From assembly GCA_051294905.1 (NCBI GenBank), contig CM119372.1, positions 310,001 to 374,000 on the forward strand: a stretch of 64,000 nucleotides of DNA. The letters are read 5' to 3'. Made by a program: the position numbers and the translations under genes. This document shows positions 28,297 through 40,950 of the stretch, piece after piece. The notes below the pieces were generated by a model. The model was not told the DNA's origin. It did no database searches and saw nothing but the letters and a program-made list of their open reading frames with translations. This stretch comes from Botryllus schlosseri. Taxonomy: Eukaryota. The first letter of the stretch is position 1, and each line of letters starts with the position of its first letter.

Positions 28297-28453
28297 AAAA
28301 ACCAATCAACAAAAAATGGGGTGGCATGTCATGGAAGGTGAGATCGATAGGTCATGCAGGTTGTGGTCCGGTAATCTTGAGGATGGACTGGTATAGCCAA
28401 GCTATAGTTACAAGGAACAGACCTTGGCGTTAACAGCACCAGCACCCTAAGAA

Positions 28454-28810
28454 GGGCCCTGTGGATATACAGCTTCGTCAGTTTACATTTAGCCATTGCG
28501 TCTGTACATACCTTTATCATGGAATTCACTGTTTCGTAATTATTGTTCGTGTACAGTCCTTTAGAGTACGAATGCCGATCTAATCAAAACCTTCTCACGG
28601 GCTTTCACTAGAAATGATACTCGAGTGATATAGCTGCCTGATACCTGAGTGATATACAGAGTGATGCCTGGGTGATACAGCTGATACTAGAGTGATACAG
28701 CTGATACAGCTGTGATACAACTGATAAAGCTGTGATACAGGTGATACAGCCGTGATACAGCTGTGATACAGCTAAAGAGGATCTGATACAGCTGTATATC
28801 CACAGGGCCC
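28454..28810. mobile_element. TIR element with an internal (GT)GATACAGCT tandem array
   Basis: Perfect 20-bp TIR GGGCCCTGTGGATATACAGC, flanks CCTAAGAA/CCGAAGAA, and a 9-11-nt unit array at 28625-28795. Confidence 0.8.
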
Positions 28811-29874
28811 CCGAAGAAGCATACCGTAATTCCAATTATTTTCTCATCTACAAATCGTACTCAATCAGAGTCATACGCTTATATGGCTATACATTATACA
28901 GGACTGCAATGAATTACTGTTATTCATTCCATTTCAACTACGACAATCTAACTGTGATTGCACGTTGCGATAGTGCGACGCAAAACTAACTGAATATAGA
29001 ATATCTAACTGCAGTAAATATGAAAGGTAATTAGCACATCTCAAAGTGCGAAGGTCACGAGCTTGCAAAGCTACAAAACTTGCAGCCTGCAAACTCGTAT
29101 GAATTCAAGCATGACCACTGTATGCGTGTGGAATGCACTGAGCTATATCTACTATATAACAAATGAAGATGTTTCTTTGTAGTTTGTATGTCCGAGGCGG
29201 TTTTCCTCAATCCTCCTCCGAGGGCGCTCACTCATATGAGGTAATTATTTGTAAGTTGATTGAATCGATAAGATTGTAATAACCTCCCCGAGAAAGGTTG
29301 GGGCGATGGGCTGCGACGACTGACCTTTGTACGGGCGAGTGTCTGTCCCTAGAGAATGTTTATATTCTATAGTCCTTATTGGACACTCGACTGACCTTAT
29401 TATTATTTTATTATCAATATTTTTACTAAAACCGGACAGGAATGTAGCAAGTTTTTTTTTCCGAATCACGACTTGGTCCGGATTCGTGTTTTTAGCGTAT
29501 GAAATGAAAGTCGTTTCGTCACCCCACCAGAATCACGACCTAACACATCGATCTCCCCTTCTGGCACATGCCCCTTCATTTTTTCGCCTGCTTTTTTATA
29601 TTTCCTGTTTTACTTTTCATTCAGTGTGCATGTGCAATGTGCATGTGCATCAGCATACCTCTTCTCTACTTCGTCTACGCCAGGTGGGTCTCTGATTTCG
29701 GAGACTACTCCAAGTCGTTTCGACACCTTCCTATCGTTTCATTGCATCGGTCTTCACGGTCTTATCGATCACTCCTATCTAATACCGAATACTGTGCAGT
29801 GTGCATGTGCACGCATATTTTCTGTACCGCCATCACTGCCGTTTGTTATGTATTTTGGTTCGATGAAAATAAAT

Positions 29875-29911
<37 letters not shown>

Positions 29912-29932
29912 TTATGCTATAAACAAAAAAAA

Positions 29933-30184
29933 CATCATCATCATCATCATTGGTTTATTAGCAATTTTATCAGTTCAATACACCACAAAAATGCGATACA
30001 ATGAAAAGACAGGAAGATGTCGAAGCGACAAGGAGTAGTCTATGGAATCTGACACCCACCTTGGCCTAGGCGATGTAAAGAGGCGAGGCATGCACACTGA
30101 ATGAAAGTAAAGAAGATAGTACAGAAAAAGAATGCGACAAGAAATAGGGCGGCATGTCATGGGAAGCGAGATCGATAGGTCAGC
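29933..30184 (-). mobile_element. LINE 3' UTR copy with (ATG)n tail
   Basis: Near-identical reverse complement of ~36860-37110. Confidence 0.85.
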
Positions 30185-30185
30185 A

Positions 30186-32250
30186 GGGGAGATAGTGTAG
30201 TGCAGTGGTTCTTAACCTTTTTTCCTCCAGCGCCCCCTTTCAAAAATTATCGTGCTCCAGCGCCCCCCAACCGCATATTGTAAGGAATGTAATAAAGACA
30301 ATGAGTAAGAGGGAGGGCCGTAACAGCACTTCGTCATCCCCCCTAAAAATGATTGCCTTGCGCACCCATAGCGTGATAAACCAAACTTCCGAGGGCTTCG
30401 CCCCCAAGAACCCCGTAGCGTGATTTCGATGGTCAGCAAAGTTTGTGTGGCATGGTCGCCCTAGGCCCTTTTCATACCGGATTTACGAAACTCTTTCGGG
30501 AACACGTTCCGAAACAGGCGATGTTCACATAGAGAAAAAATTACCGAAACAGTTCCGGGAAAAGAGCGCGTTCATACCTATTTAGAGTTACCGCGAACTT
30601 ATGTTCATACAGATCGTTTTTTCGGTAAATTCGCGGGAAATTATGGCCAGTATGAACGCGATTCTCCGTAAGTGTTGATAGTTACGAAACCATGTCCGTG
30701 GGGTGTTCCAGTTGTAATATGCTTGTGGAAAACGATGAGGGATAGGCATATTCGTGAGACGGGGAGAAGTTGGCTCCAACTTTTAGCTATGGGATGTTGC
30801 GGATATGCCTTCTCAATGTGTATGGGGCTCTATACTCAATATACCAGTATCAGTAATAGAGCCCGAGCATGTTTCTGGCTTGTATATTATCAACCGAAGC
30901 TGAGAGCAGAAACTGAAAGCCAGCAAAGAGGATAGAGTCCTGGAATGAAAAGAACCACCGATCACATCTGCGTACAACAAAGTCAGTTTATCTTGGTGAT
31001 TGCTGTATAATGGTTTGGGTAAATCTAATCGTATGTACACTGTACAGAGAAACCAGGGAATTCGAGAAATCCGTGAGAGAAACATTCGGTATACTCTGCG
31101 ACGAGCTTCGAGACCATAGCGAAAAGCAGCCAGCAAATTATACGAACTCAATTTCTCTTGCTTGCTGAGTAGCTGTCGCTCTTTGGAGGCTAGCCAATGA
31201 AGCCAATCGTTTATAGATCCAGCTCATCCAGGTAAACATCAGATGTATTTTAAGAAGGCAACTGTCACAAGTTGATTTTAATAAAAATAATTCTGCAGCC
31301 TGCCTAGTAGGGCTAGCCACAATGATTCGAGTACTTGTCCTCTCTGCTCACGTTACCAGATTTACCGGTAGAGCTGAGTGAGGTGCAATGTTCCATCTAA
31401 GCTGCTCACGTGCGCAGTGCGGACATGGTATCTGTGCACAGAAAATCTACGTTGCGTACAACTAATCCGAAGTTTTGATCTTTTTTAGTCGTTACGCACT
31501 GTTGTCCAAGGGTCTGCGCAGTGAGTTTATTGAGTGTGCGCAGACTCATCAAAACGTAGAGCGAACATTGTTAGGTGTCTTGGAAAGTGTAGGGCCCGTA
31601 ACTAATAATTGAACATATTCGGGCGGGCGAACCCGTTGGTATGACTTCGTTGCATGATGTTATTTCGTGACCTCCTGTCTGCTATATCAAAAAATATAGA
31701 ATCGCCCAACAGGGATATCGCCCAACAAGAATATCTAGTTTTAGATATCCCTGTCGCCCAATCGTACTAAACTAAAAGACGAACACGATTTCAAATTGGT
31801 ATTTCTTCACTGGCATATAATTTTTTCCTGCCGGATGGAATTCGTCTTCTGGGGTTCAGATTGCCAACACAGGAATATTCGGTGCCAGTCATTTAGGCGC
31901 CCATGGACAATTAAACCTATATGTCTTTTGTAGGCTATATATAACGAAGTTTTCGGTGTTCATTTTCTCTGAATACTCATTAAGGATATGTCCTACCACC
32001 ACATCATCTACTGCGAAGCCATTTTTCTCCAGCGCCCCCCATACCGCCCCCCTGAGCCCAGCGCCCCCCATATAGCCCCCTGAGCGTTTCCGCCCCTTTC
32101 AAAATCGCCAGCGCCCCCTGGGGGGCGCTGGAGGCAAGGTTAAGAACCACTGGTGTAGTGGTTACGATAAGCGCCCAGCACGCAGGCGAACCGCGTTCGA
32201 TTCCCGTCGGAGGTTTATCTGGGCTCCTCTTCCCCTGCCGTTGCCGTTCT
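30186..32250 (+). mobile_element. tRNA-derived SINE head interrupted by a hAT element
   Basis: The rejoined sequence GGGGAGATAGTGTAGTGGTTACGATAAGCGCCCAGCACGCAGGCGAACCGCGTTCGATTCCCG has A and B boxes but lacks an acceptor-stem 3' strand. Confidence 0.65.
30203..32152. mobile_element. hAT-Charlie-type non-autonomous element
   Basis: TIR CAGTGGTTCTTAACC...GGTTAAGAACCACTG, perfect TSD GTGTAGTG. A partial relative is at ~37673-38500. Confidence 0.9.
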
Positions 32251-32667
32251 TACGGCGACAAAAAAGCCCAGAAAAAGACCCGACGAAAGAAAGCACTCAC
32301 AATGAATGGAAAAGAACTAGTAGAAAGGGCCGCGGCTTCAAACAGATCAACATCGAAACAGAACTGTGACATCGGGCACTCTAGGCCGAGGTGGATGTTA
32401 GAGTAAAGGATCGCTACTGATGCGTGTCGTTCTACATCCTCCTATCTGTTCATGACATGTCTTATCGCATTGTACCTTGTGTGTGACTTGTTCAGATAAA
32501 AATATAACCCAACCATGTTATGTTATGTTAGGTCAGTCGTGGTCCGGTAATCTTGAGGATGGACTGTATTTATTTAGTAGTAATTGCTTGTATTTCGACT
32601 TGAATGTGGACATGCTCGTCGACTGTCGGATGGCCGGCGGGATACTGTTCCACACATCAGGTCCGGC

Positions 32668-33262
32668 ATATCTTCTATGTTTAGGACGCCGAATCTCTTC
32701 AGCAGCGACTTATTGGATGGGCAGCACTGTCACTCACTATCAAAAGTGATATACAGTGCCTCCTTCTTCGATTTTCACACGCTGTGCGCTGCGGGATATA
32801 TTACTACTTAATGCGAAACATTTTGTTAAAAATAACCTTAGTAAGTGTGACGGCAGTGTTTTAAATAATGGGAAATTGGCGATCAAAAAGTACGCGCAAT
32901 TCATTTTAATGAGACATAATAACCCACTACATTCATGAAAACAGTAAGCCGTTTGTGTCGAGTCAGAGGCTCGGAGTCTCCAGTTCGAAGGCCTAAATCT
33001 CCTGTGTTGTTCCGATACCGTAATTCCGAGGCTACTATCGTCTTAGTTCTTCAAAGACCACTGGAAATGATGTGTTGGTTTCAATATGAGTTATGAGCAG
33101 GGCCATAATAGCACTTCGCCAGGCCCCCTCCAAAACGCCTCCCATATGTTGATGAACCAAACTTCTTGGGGGCCTCGCCCCTCAGGCTGTTCACTTATTA
33201 CCGCTATTTACTTATCGTCTATATTGGGGGCCGTTTAGTGGTTCAACTTTTCTCGCTCAACG
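32668..33262. repeat. Local duplication, second copy at 39389-39530 + 39985-40428
   Basis: Near-identical sequence that includes the same LINE truncation junction (GGGCAGCACT). The second copy carries an extra ~450-bp TIR insertion. Confidence 0.9.
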
Positions 33263-34998
33263 CGCGAAGCGCGAAAATTTTCTATCACTCATGATTCAAT
33301 ACGATCGGAAATTGCATATATGTTGCTATCAATTTTTGATCCTCTCTGCTCACGCAATCAGATTTAGCGGCAGAGCAAAGTGAGGTGTCTTGGACACTGT
33401 AGGGTCCGTTGGCATGACTCCTTAACATGTTTTTATTCCCTCGTGAGATTCCGATTGCCAAGACAGTGTCTTGTATATATAGCGAAGTTTTCGGTCAGCA
33501 CAAGGGCAGTCCTTTTCAGTCAAGGTTACGCATGACTCGAACCAAGTCCTCTCAACAAGTCAAGCTCAGCAAGCCAAGAAAAAAAAATCAAAATTTTGAT
33601 ATTTTTTCGAAATTTTGACTTGCTATTCCAATTGAAACGATACTACAAAGCTTTGGTCTTGATCGCTGCCTTTCGACCAGTGGCGGATTGGTGAAATCGA
33701 TTCTGGTCAACATGAGGCGGTACTTTTGGTCAAGGCTTCCTCGTCGCCGAGCTATTTGCACACTTCGCAGAGTCGCATGTTAGCCGAAACGTCCACGCCC
33801 ATTTATATGGTCCAGTCGTCTTGGAGCAACGTGATGAGACGGCTTGCCGAATTGCTGTAAATCCGATCGAATTCACATGGTCATTGATCACGTTTCCGAT
33901 CCCATATAATTTGTATGTATATCCAGCTAGGTGCCGTTCTTCCAGGTTGAAACAAATAATGTACGAATGAGATGCATGTAACAGTCACTAACGATGCCGT
34001 GTATATGCCAGAGGATACTTGATTACTTGGGTGCAAGGATCGTTTTGTATCGCATGTCGCTGTTAGATCAAGCTGCTAACCGATGTGGTGGGCATAGGAC
34101 GTAAATGTGCCTGCTATATAATTAAAATACTGTTATAATAATAGATAACTCCAGATACTTTTCGTCATCTAATGCAGCGCCGTCGATCGATGAAAGAATG
34201 CTCATGCCAAGCCTGCGAATTGACCATATGCATGATATATTTGTGGTTGATGCAGGGAACAATGGAATGTTTCCCCAATCAATGTTCAGGGAACAATCTT
34301 GATGACACAGACAAGTCCCAATCGTTCATAATAATTCGACATTTGAATGCAGTGCCAATAGGCCTACTTATCGCCGTGTAAAGTGCATCTGAGATCTCGT
34401 GCCCCTGGGTGTTTTCTGCGAAAAGCATGTATTGGACACATTGCATTCAACTAGCCTACTTGTATATGAATTGTGAATGATTGTAATCATATCTTCAATT
34501 GCTTCAGATTTTGTCAAATTGGTAACGGAATAAACAAAGTTTTTGTAGGAAAATATGACAGTTTCTTTATGTAGAAAAGGAAGGAGGGGCAGGGAGTCAG
34601 ATTATCTACGTTTGCATCACTAATGGGATTGGGCGACGGAGATGCGAAGAAACTGCAAGGCTATCGAGTCTGCACCACGGTTTTATCTTTCCAAGCAATC
34701 CCATTGCGTTGATCGCCTGGCGTGGAAGCTGTGTGGACACCATTTTTAATGTAAAGGCGTTTGTCTGACCTCGCAATAAGATATACGCAGAACGCTCATA
34801 CATTACTCTATCAAGTATTTATCTAGATTCTAGGAAGTTCAAGGAACGTATGTTTCGGTGTTAGTTTACAACGCACCGCCCCAAAGTACTTTTTCAATAG
34901 TCAGTGGGAATTAAATTCATTTCTACAGCGAACACAAAAGGTAAACACGTGTAAAGCCGTGCAAATTTTGAACCCATCCCTAAACTACTCAATAAAGT

Positions 34999-35967
34999 GG
35001 TAGGGGAGATGTGGTACCGATGGATCAAAAATTGGAAAATGATTGCGGGCCCCAAAATGTTCAGCCGAAAACAGCAGATCTTTTGCTGGCTCAGCACTTT
35101 GATACAAGCTCTACCTATCGCGCACATATACATAAATATCCGTCTTTTCAAAAAATATTTATGGACGTTCAAAATTTGTTGCTCGAACGTATCATCGGTC
35201 CCCACCCGGTGGGTCCAATGGCACACGACCCGGGGACCTATGACACATATACCCTAAAAACTCAAATGTGACATCTTTTCTTGCTCAGTATTATAATCTA
35301 AGCTACAGCAAGCCAAAGAAGAATGTTTAGTCGCAACCGTCACAAAATAGAATAAATATTAACTAAAATGTTGTCATAAAATCACGTTTCGATTTTGGCT
35401 CGAACTTATAAATTTGAGGGTACATACATATTGCCCGAAAATCGATAGTGTGACTTCCAAATACCTCATTATAGCGATAAAGCATCATATGCAATTATTA
35501 GATAAAGATTGTCTATACGTAGGCATGTTTCATTTGTTTCATGATTAGTACGCTTGATTATTTTGCTTGATTTGGCTACTGTATCATCGGCCCCCACCCT
35601 ACGAATTTTATACATGAATCGAAAAAAATTCCACTCAAGGAGGGTACTGAAAAAAATAATAGGTGCCATTATATAGCCTGATACAAGCCCTACACTTCAC
35701 AATAAAAATGATTGCTGGTTTGTTCGTGTTGAAGGTTACAAAGAAAAATATATATGTCGATCTAAATTTAGTTTACACCCCCCAAAACAAAAAACATCTG
35801 TGAGAGACCCCATAGCTCGCGCACGTCGAATTTTTTTGTATGTGAAGAAAGATTTTGACAGCATGCAATTGTAGACAAGTTCATGAAGTGTAATCATGGA
35901 ATTATCATGGAGAATTTTCAAAGTATTTTCGGTCCCAGTGATCCGTCGGTACCACATCTCCCCTACC
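34999..35967. mobile_element. Non-autonomous TIR element
   Basis: TIR GGTAGGGGAGATGTGGTACCGA / TCGGTACCACATCTCCCCTACC. Confidence 0.8.
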
Positions 35968-37110
35968 TTATATGTCAACGACATTTTTGAAACCTCCTCA
36001 TTGAACACCACACTGTTCGCTGATGATACTCACCTCCTCTCTTCCGCATCTTCGACGGCAGAGCTGGATGCCCTGACTGGTGACCAAATGCCCAAAGTCC
36101 ATGAGTGGACGGCCCAGAACAACATTCGCATAAACGCCTCGAAATCGCAATTGCTGACAGTAAATTCAAAAAATAACCTAACCGTTAATATCGCTGGTCA
36201 GCCCGTTTCCAACACAGATAATGCCAAATATCTCGGAGTTTTACTGGACTCGAACATGTCCCGGAAGAGTCATATTCAGTCCCTAGAAACTAAATTATCA
36301 CCGAAGTGCGGCCTGTTCTACAGCCTTGGGCGCTTCATGCCAGCATGGGTTATTCTGATACTCTTTAAATCCTTAATCCAATCGAAGTTACATTATGACA
36401 TCCTCTATTGGGGGGCTGCCAGTAAAACTGCACTCAAGCCACTGCAGAAACTACAGCATAAAGTACTCCGAATCATAGATAGGGCCCCAAAGGGGCCTGG
36501 TTGCCCATCCAATAAGTCGCTGCTGAAGACATTCGGCGTCCTAAACATAGAAGATATGCGGAAACTAGAAATCGCCAAGTTTATGTATCAGTTTCACTGC
36601 GGTCGTTGCCCCGAATATTTCAATGACTTCTTTACCTCTGAATCAAAAGCGCACAAGTACAACACACGCGCGTCCACGTCGTCCAAATATCATATGATCG
36701 ACCGAAAAGATCATCGCTCTATCAAATATGCCGGACCTGACGTGTGGAACAGTATCCCGCCGGCCATCCGACAGTCGACGAGCATGTCCACATTCAAGTC
36801 GAAATACAAGCAATTACTACTAAATAAATACAGTCCATCCTCAAGATTACCGGACCACGACTGACCTATCGATCTCGCTTCCCATGACATGCCGCCCTAT
36901 ATTTCTTGTCGCATTCTTTTTCTGTACTATCTTCTTTACTTTCATTCAGTGTGCATGCCTCCTCTTTACATCGCCTAGGCCAAGGTGGGTGTCAGATTTC
37001 ATAGACTACTCCTTGTCGCTTCGACATCTTCCTGTCTTTTCATTGTATCGCATTTTTGTGGTGTATTGAACTGATAAAATTGCTAATAAACCAATGATGA
37101 TGATGATGAT
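35968..37110 (+). mobile_element. 5'-truncated non-LTR retrotransposon (L2/Crack-like): RT C-terminal half, 3' UTR and (ATG)n tail
   Basis: Open frame to 36864 with YVND...LFADDT, KYLGVLLD, HKYNTRAS and SIKYAGPDVWNSIP...FKSKYK, followed by AATAAA and GAT repeats. Further fragments at 17103-17412, 29530-29750, 32520-32725, 37399-37672, 39220-39448 and 60077-60295. Confidence 0.92.
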
Positions 37111-38779
37111 GTATCTTAAGTAAGTGCGATAATAGTGGAAGTCGTCTATACAAACCTTGCCGCCAGCAAGTTGGAATTGCAAATGAAGAGCATCTACTTG
37201 AGTATTGTCAAATTGGATGCAAAGGGCGGATTTTCATCCAACTAGATGTGCCAAAATCACGAACTGGCCATGAACTCGTGGCCGGCCACGATGAATTCGT
37301 ATGGCCGGCCATGAAATTCACTGTGGCCGGCCACGAGACAACGCATTTTCATGGCCGGCCACGAGATACTCAAATGAAACAAATGGGTTGACATGGTGTT
37401 ATCATCGCTCCATCAAATATGCCAGACCCGATATGTGGAATAGTATCCCGCCGACCATCCGACAGTCGACGAGCATGACAACATTCAAGTCGAAATACAA
37501 GCAATTATTACTAAATGAATATTATTCCATCCTCAAGATTACCGGACCACGACTGACCTATCGATCTCGCCTTCCATGACATGCCACCCCATTTCTTGTT
37601 GCTTGCTTTTTTCTATACTATCTTCTTTACTTTTCATTCAGTGTGCATATGCCTCCTCTTTACATCGCCTAGACCTTTTTTCCTCCAGCGCCCCCTTTCT
37701 AAAATTATCATGCTCCAGCCCCCCCCCACCTCATATTGTAAGGACTGTAGACAATGGGAGAGAGGGAGGGCCGTAACAGCACTTCGACAGCCCCCCTAAA
37801 ACGATTGTCTTGGGCACCCATAGCGTGAACAACCAAACTCATGAGGGCTTCGCCCCCCAAGAACCCCGTCGCGTGATTTTGATGGTCAGCAAAATTTATG
37901 TCGTCTGGTCGCCATAGGAGCCAAAATTTTCTAAAATGCATGAATGAAATAGGTTGTAATTGCTTATATATGTCCCTATAAACTTTTTTCACTCTCAGCC
38001 CACGTAATCAGATTTACCAGTAGCGCTGAATGAGCTCTTGTATTGGAAAATGAAGGCCACGTAATTATAATGATTGAATATATTCGGGCGTGCCCGTTGG
38101 TACAATTAAATAGTTAAATGTTATTTTGTTACCTCTTGTGTGCTATATAGTCAAAAGATATTGAAACGCATAAACGTATTAAATTAATGTCAGCACACGA
38201 TCCAAAATTGGTGTTTTGTCACGGGGAAATAATTTTCTCTGATGGATGTTATTTTTCCTGTGGGTGCAGATTGCGACGACATGATAATTCGGCGCGACCG
38301 ATTTGAGCATCTGTGGACAATTAGACTTATATGCATCGAAGTTTACACTCAACATAAGGGCAATCCTCTTCGGCTAAATTTTTCTCGCTTGCGATCGTTT
38401 TGACACACTTCTCGGAGTCCCATATTCACCGGAACTTCATATGTCTTCGTGCATTGTGGCGTGTAATGGCCGACGCCGAAATGCCAATTTCTATTTTCTA
38501 TAATTATGCGTATTCTTCCGTGAATATTCCGGGAATATTTCGCGCTTTACATCCGCTCACTTTAATTTAGTACTGTACCCAGTTATTAATTTTAACACGA
38601 ATGTATTCCAAACATAGCAATCATATTATATAACGTTCATGTGAGGTTGTGAACCACAACACGAGACAGTATCATGCTTTACGATACGATGACGAAATAT
38701 TCCGACGATTTAATTTTGTAGCTCTCAAATACAAGTATATTTAGTTATTCATTTCGTGCAGTTTCAAAACTTATTTTAT

Positions 38780-39164
38780 TGTAGCGACCCTGATACGGCG
38801 TCACGTACCTAACAGGGAAGCCGGTGTGTTCCTGGGCTCCGGACCTCGTCTCTCTGCGTTCGCCGCCTGCTGCGCGCTCGCTACACGAAACGCGTAACAC
38901 ACAGCACACCAGTCCATACGGTTATAATAAAATTATATTCCACGACACAGTACTCAAAACAGCGTTTCACACTAGACTGATATTACACAAGATACACAGC
39001 GATACTTACAAACTGATAACGTACAAAGACGACCTAACAATACCAGACACAGGCCTACACACAGCACACACAAACCGTATTCCGACAGCTAGGCCTAAAC
39101 CTACACCAGCAGCAGCGTTTCCATCTACAGGCGAGGGACTAACTACGGGACAATATCACTCCCC
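38780..39164 (-). mobile_element. Possible LTR with a polypurine-tract remnant
   Basis: The minus strand reads GGGGAG|TGATATTG...GGGTCGCTACA (TG...CA, ~379 bp). No partner LTR or internal ORF is present in the window. Confidence 0.35.
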
Positions 39165-40512
39165 AGATGCTTGCGCAGCATCTTCCGTGATCTTTCCATG
39201 CCCCAGTCACTTATGTTATGGAGCGATGATCTTTTGGTCGATTATATGATATTTGGACGACGTGGACCACTGGACGCGCGTGTGTTGTACTTGTGCGCTT
39301 TTGATTCGGAAGTAAAGAAAGTCATTGAAATATTCGGGGCAACGACCGCAGTGAAACTGATACATAAACTTGGCGATCTCTAGTTTCCGCATATCTTCTA
39401 TGTTTAGGACGCCGAATCTCTTCAGCAGCGACTTATTGGATGGGCAGCACTATCACTCACTATCAAAAGTGATATACAGTGCCTCCTTCTTCGATTTTCA
39501 CACGCTGTGCGCTGCGGGATATATTACTACTTTGACTGCCAACAATCCTAAATATAGGATTTTACTCAATCCCATAAAGTGCCAGCGATCCTATATTTAG
39601 GATATTTTTGAAATGAGTACAGAAATGTCTGGAATTGGTTCTATCCCCGGATTACGGCTGTATCCGAGGCTAGTGAATAGGCTTGTTGTCATAAACCACC
39701 ATTTTCGTTGCCGGAAGTATTTTTTTTAAATCACATCCGTATACAATAGGTCAACCTTTTTTTGGTTTGACCACTAGGTGGCTTTTCATAAAATGAGCAG
39801 CAAAAAAATGGAAATATTTTTATAATTCCTTGATGTTGAAAAAAAATTTTTTTTTCATAAGTTGCGCAGGGTTCGCACTTATCAGCACGCCCGATTCCAG
39901 CCAAATATCCAACTAGTCGAAAATTCATTGTTCGCTGGCGTTTACTGGCAATTTCCATGATAGGCCTTGGCAGCTAAAGTGTTGCGAAACATTTTGTTAA
40001 AAATAACCTTAGTAAGTGTGACGGCAGTGTTTTAAATAATGGGAAATTGGCGATCAAAAAGTACGCGCAATTCATTTTAATGAGACATAATAACCCACTA
40101 CTTTCATGAAAACAGTAAGCCGTTTGTGTCGAGTCAGAGGCTCGGAGTCTCCAGTTCGAAGGCCTAAATCTCCTGTTCCGATACCGTAATTCCGAGGCTA
40201 CTATCGTCTTAGTTCTTCAAAGACCACTGGAAATGACGTGTTGGTTTCAATATGAGTTATGAGCAGGGCCATAATAGCACTTCGCCAGGCCCCCTCCAAA
40301 ACGCCTCCCATATGTTGACGAACCAAACTTCTTGGGGGCTTCGCCCCTCAGGCTGTTCACTTATTACCGCTACTTACTTATCGTCTACATTGGGGGCCGT
40401 TTAGTGGTTCAACTTTTCTCGCTCAACGCTTCGGCATCATGCTTGCTGGACCGTGACGACGACCTATGACAGACGGAGTCTTCACAACAGGAAAGCGCTC
40501 ACGCGTGACGCC

Positions 40513-40641
40513 TTACGTCATCAAAGAAGGTTCTGGAAGGCTACAACACGTGCTCGTTGCGTAATCTCGCTCGGCCGACTTTTCTCTCTTCTCCCATCCC
40601 ACTAACGGTAAAGAAGGCTTCCTTTTCTCTTCTTTCTCTCC
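40513..40641 (+). promoter_or_regulatory. HSP70 promoter: heat-shock element, CRE-like site and pyrimidine (TOP-like) tracts
   Basis: aGAAggTTCtgGAAg at 40525-40539 is a perfect 3-unit HSE. TTACGTCA at 40513-40520. Pyrimidine runs at 40579-40600 and 40619-40641. A possible 5' UTR intron runs 40748-40945. Confidence 0.7.
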
Positions 40642-40950
40642 GCCGCAGACTTCCAGACCTGCCGCCTCGTGCTTGTCAGTTTCCTGACGAAGGTTCCTCG
40701 GATCGGGCGCGCTCAACATTCGGCGAAAACTCAACATTCGGACTCAGGTCAGTTGCTTTCCTACGACTTCTAAGCGGCTGTCAAGCGGCGAGTCTGCACA
40801 CACTGTCGCCGTTTCGTGGCCGCACGTGGATTGAATCGAATCTCGCGACAGCAAAACCTCGGACAGCTTTGATAACGCTCCGTTAGCAGCGATTTCAAAC
40901 TAGACGCGCGGTCACAATCCGTCTCACACGACGTCAACTTTCTAGAAATC

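Noticed and set aside
32153..32210. tRNA gene
   Set aside because: It has A and B boxes but no complete cloverleaf, is interrupted by a transposon and continues into a SINE-like body.
33650..34500. piggyBac transposase remnant
   Set aside because: Short motif-like peptides (SIDERM, AGYTYKLYG) lie on opposite strands; the evidence is insufficient.
35896..35967. N-terminus of the 322-aa ORF as a real start
   Set aside because: It derives from the adjacent TIR element; the LINE is 5'-truncated.
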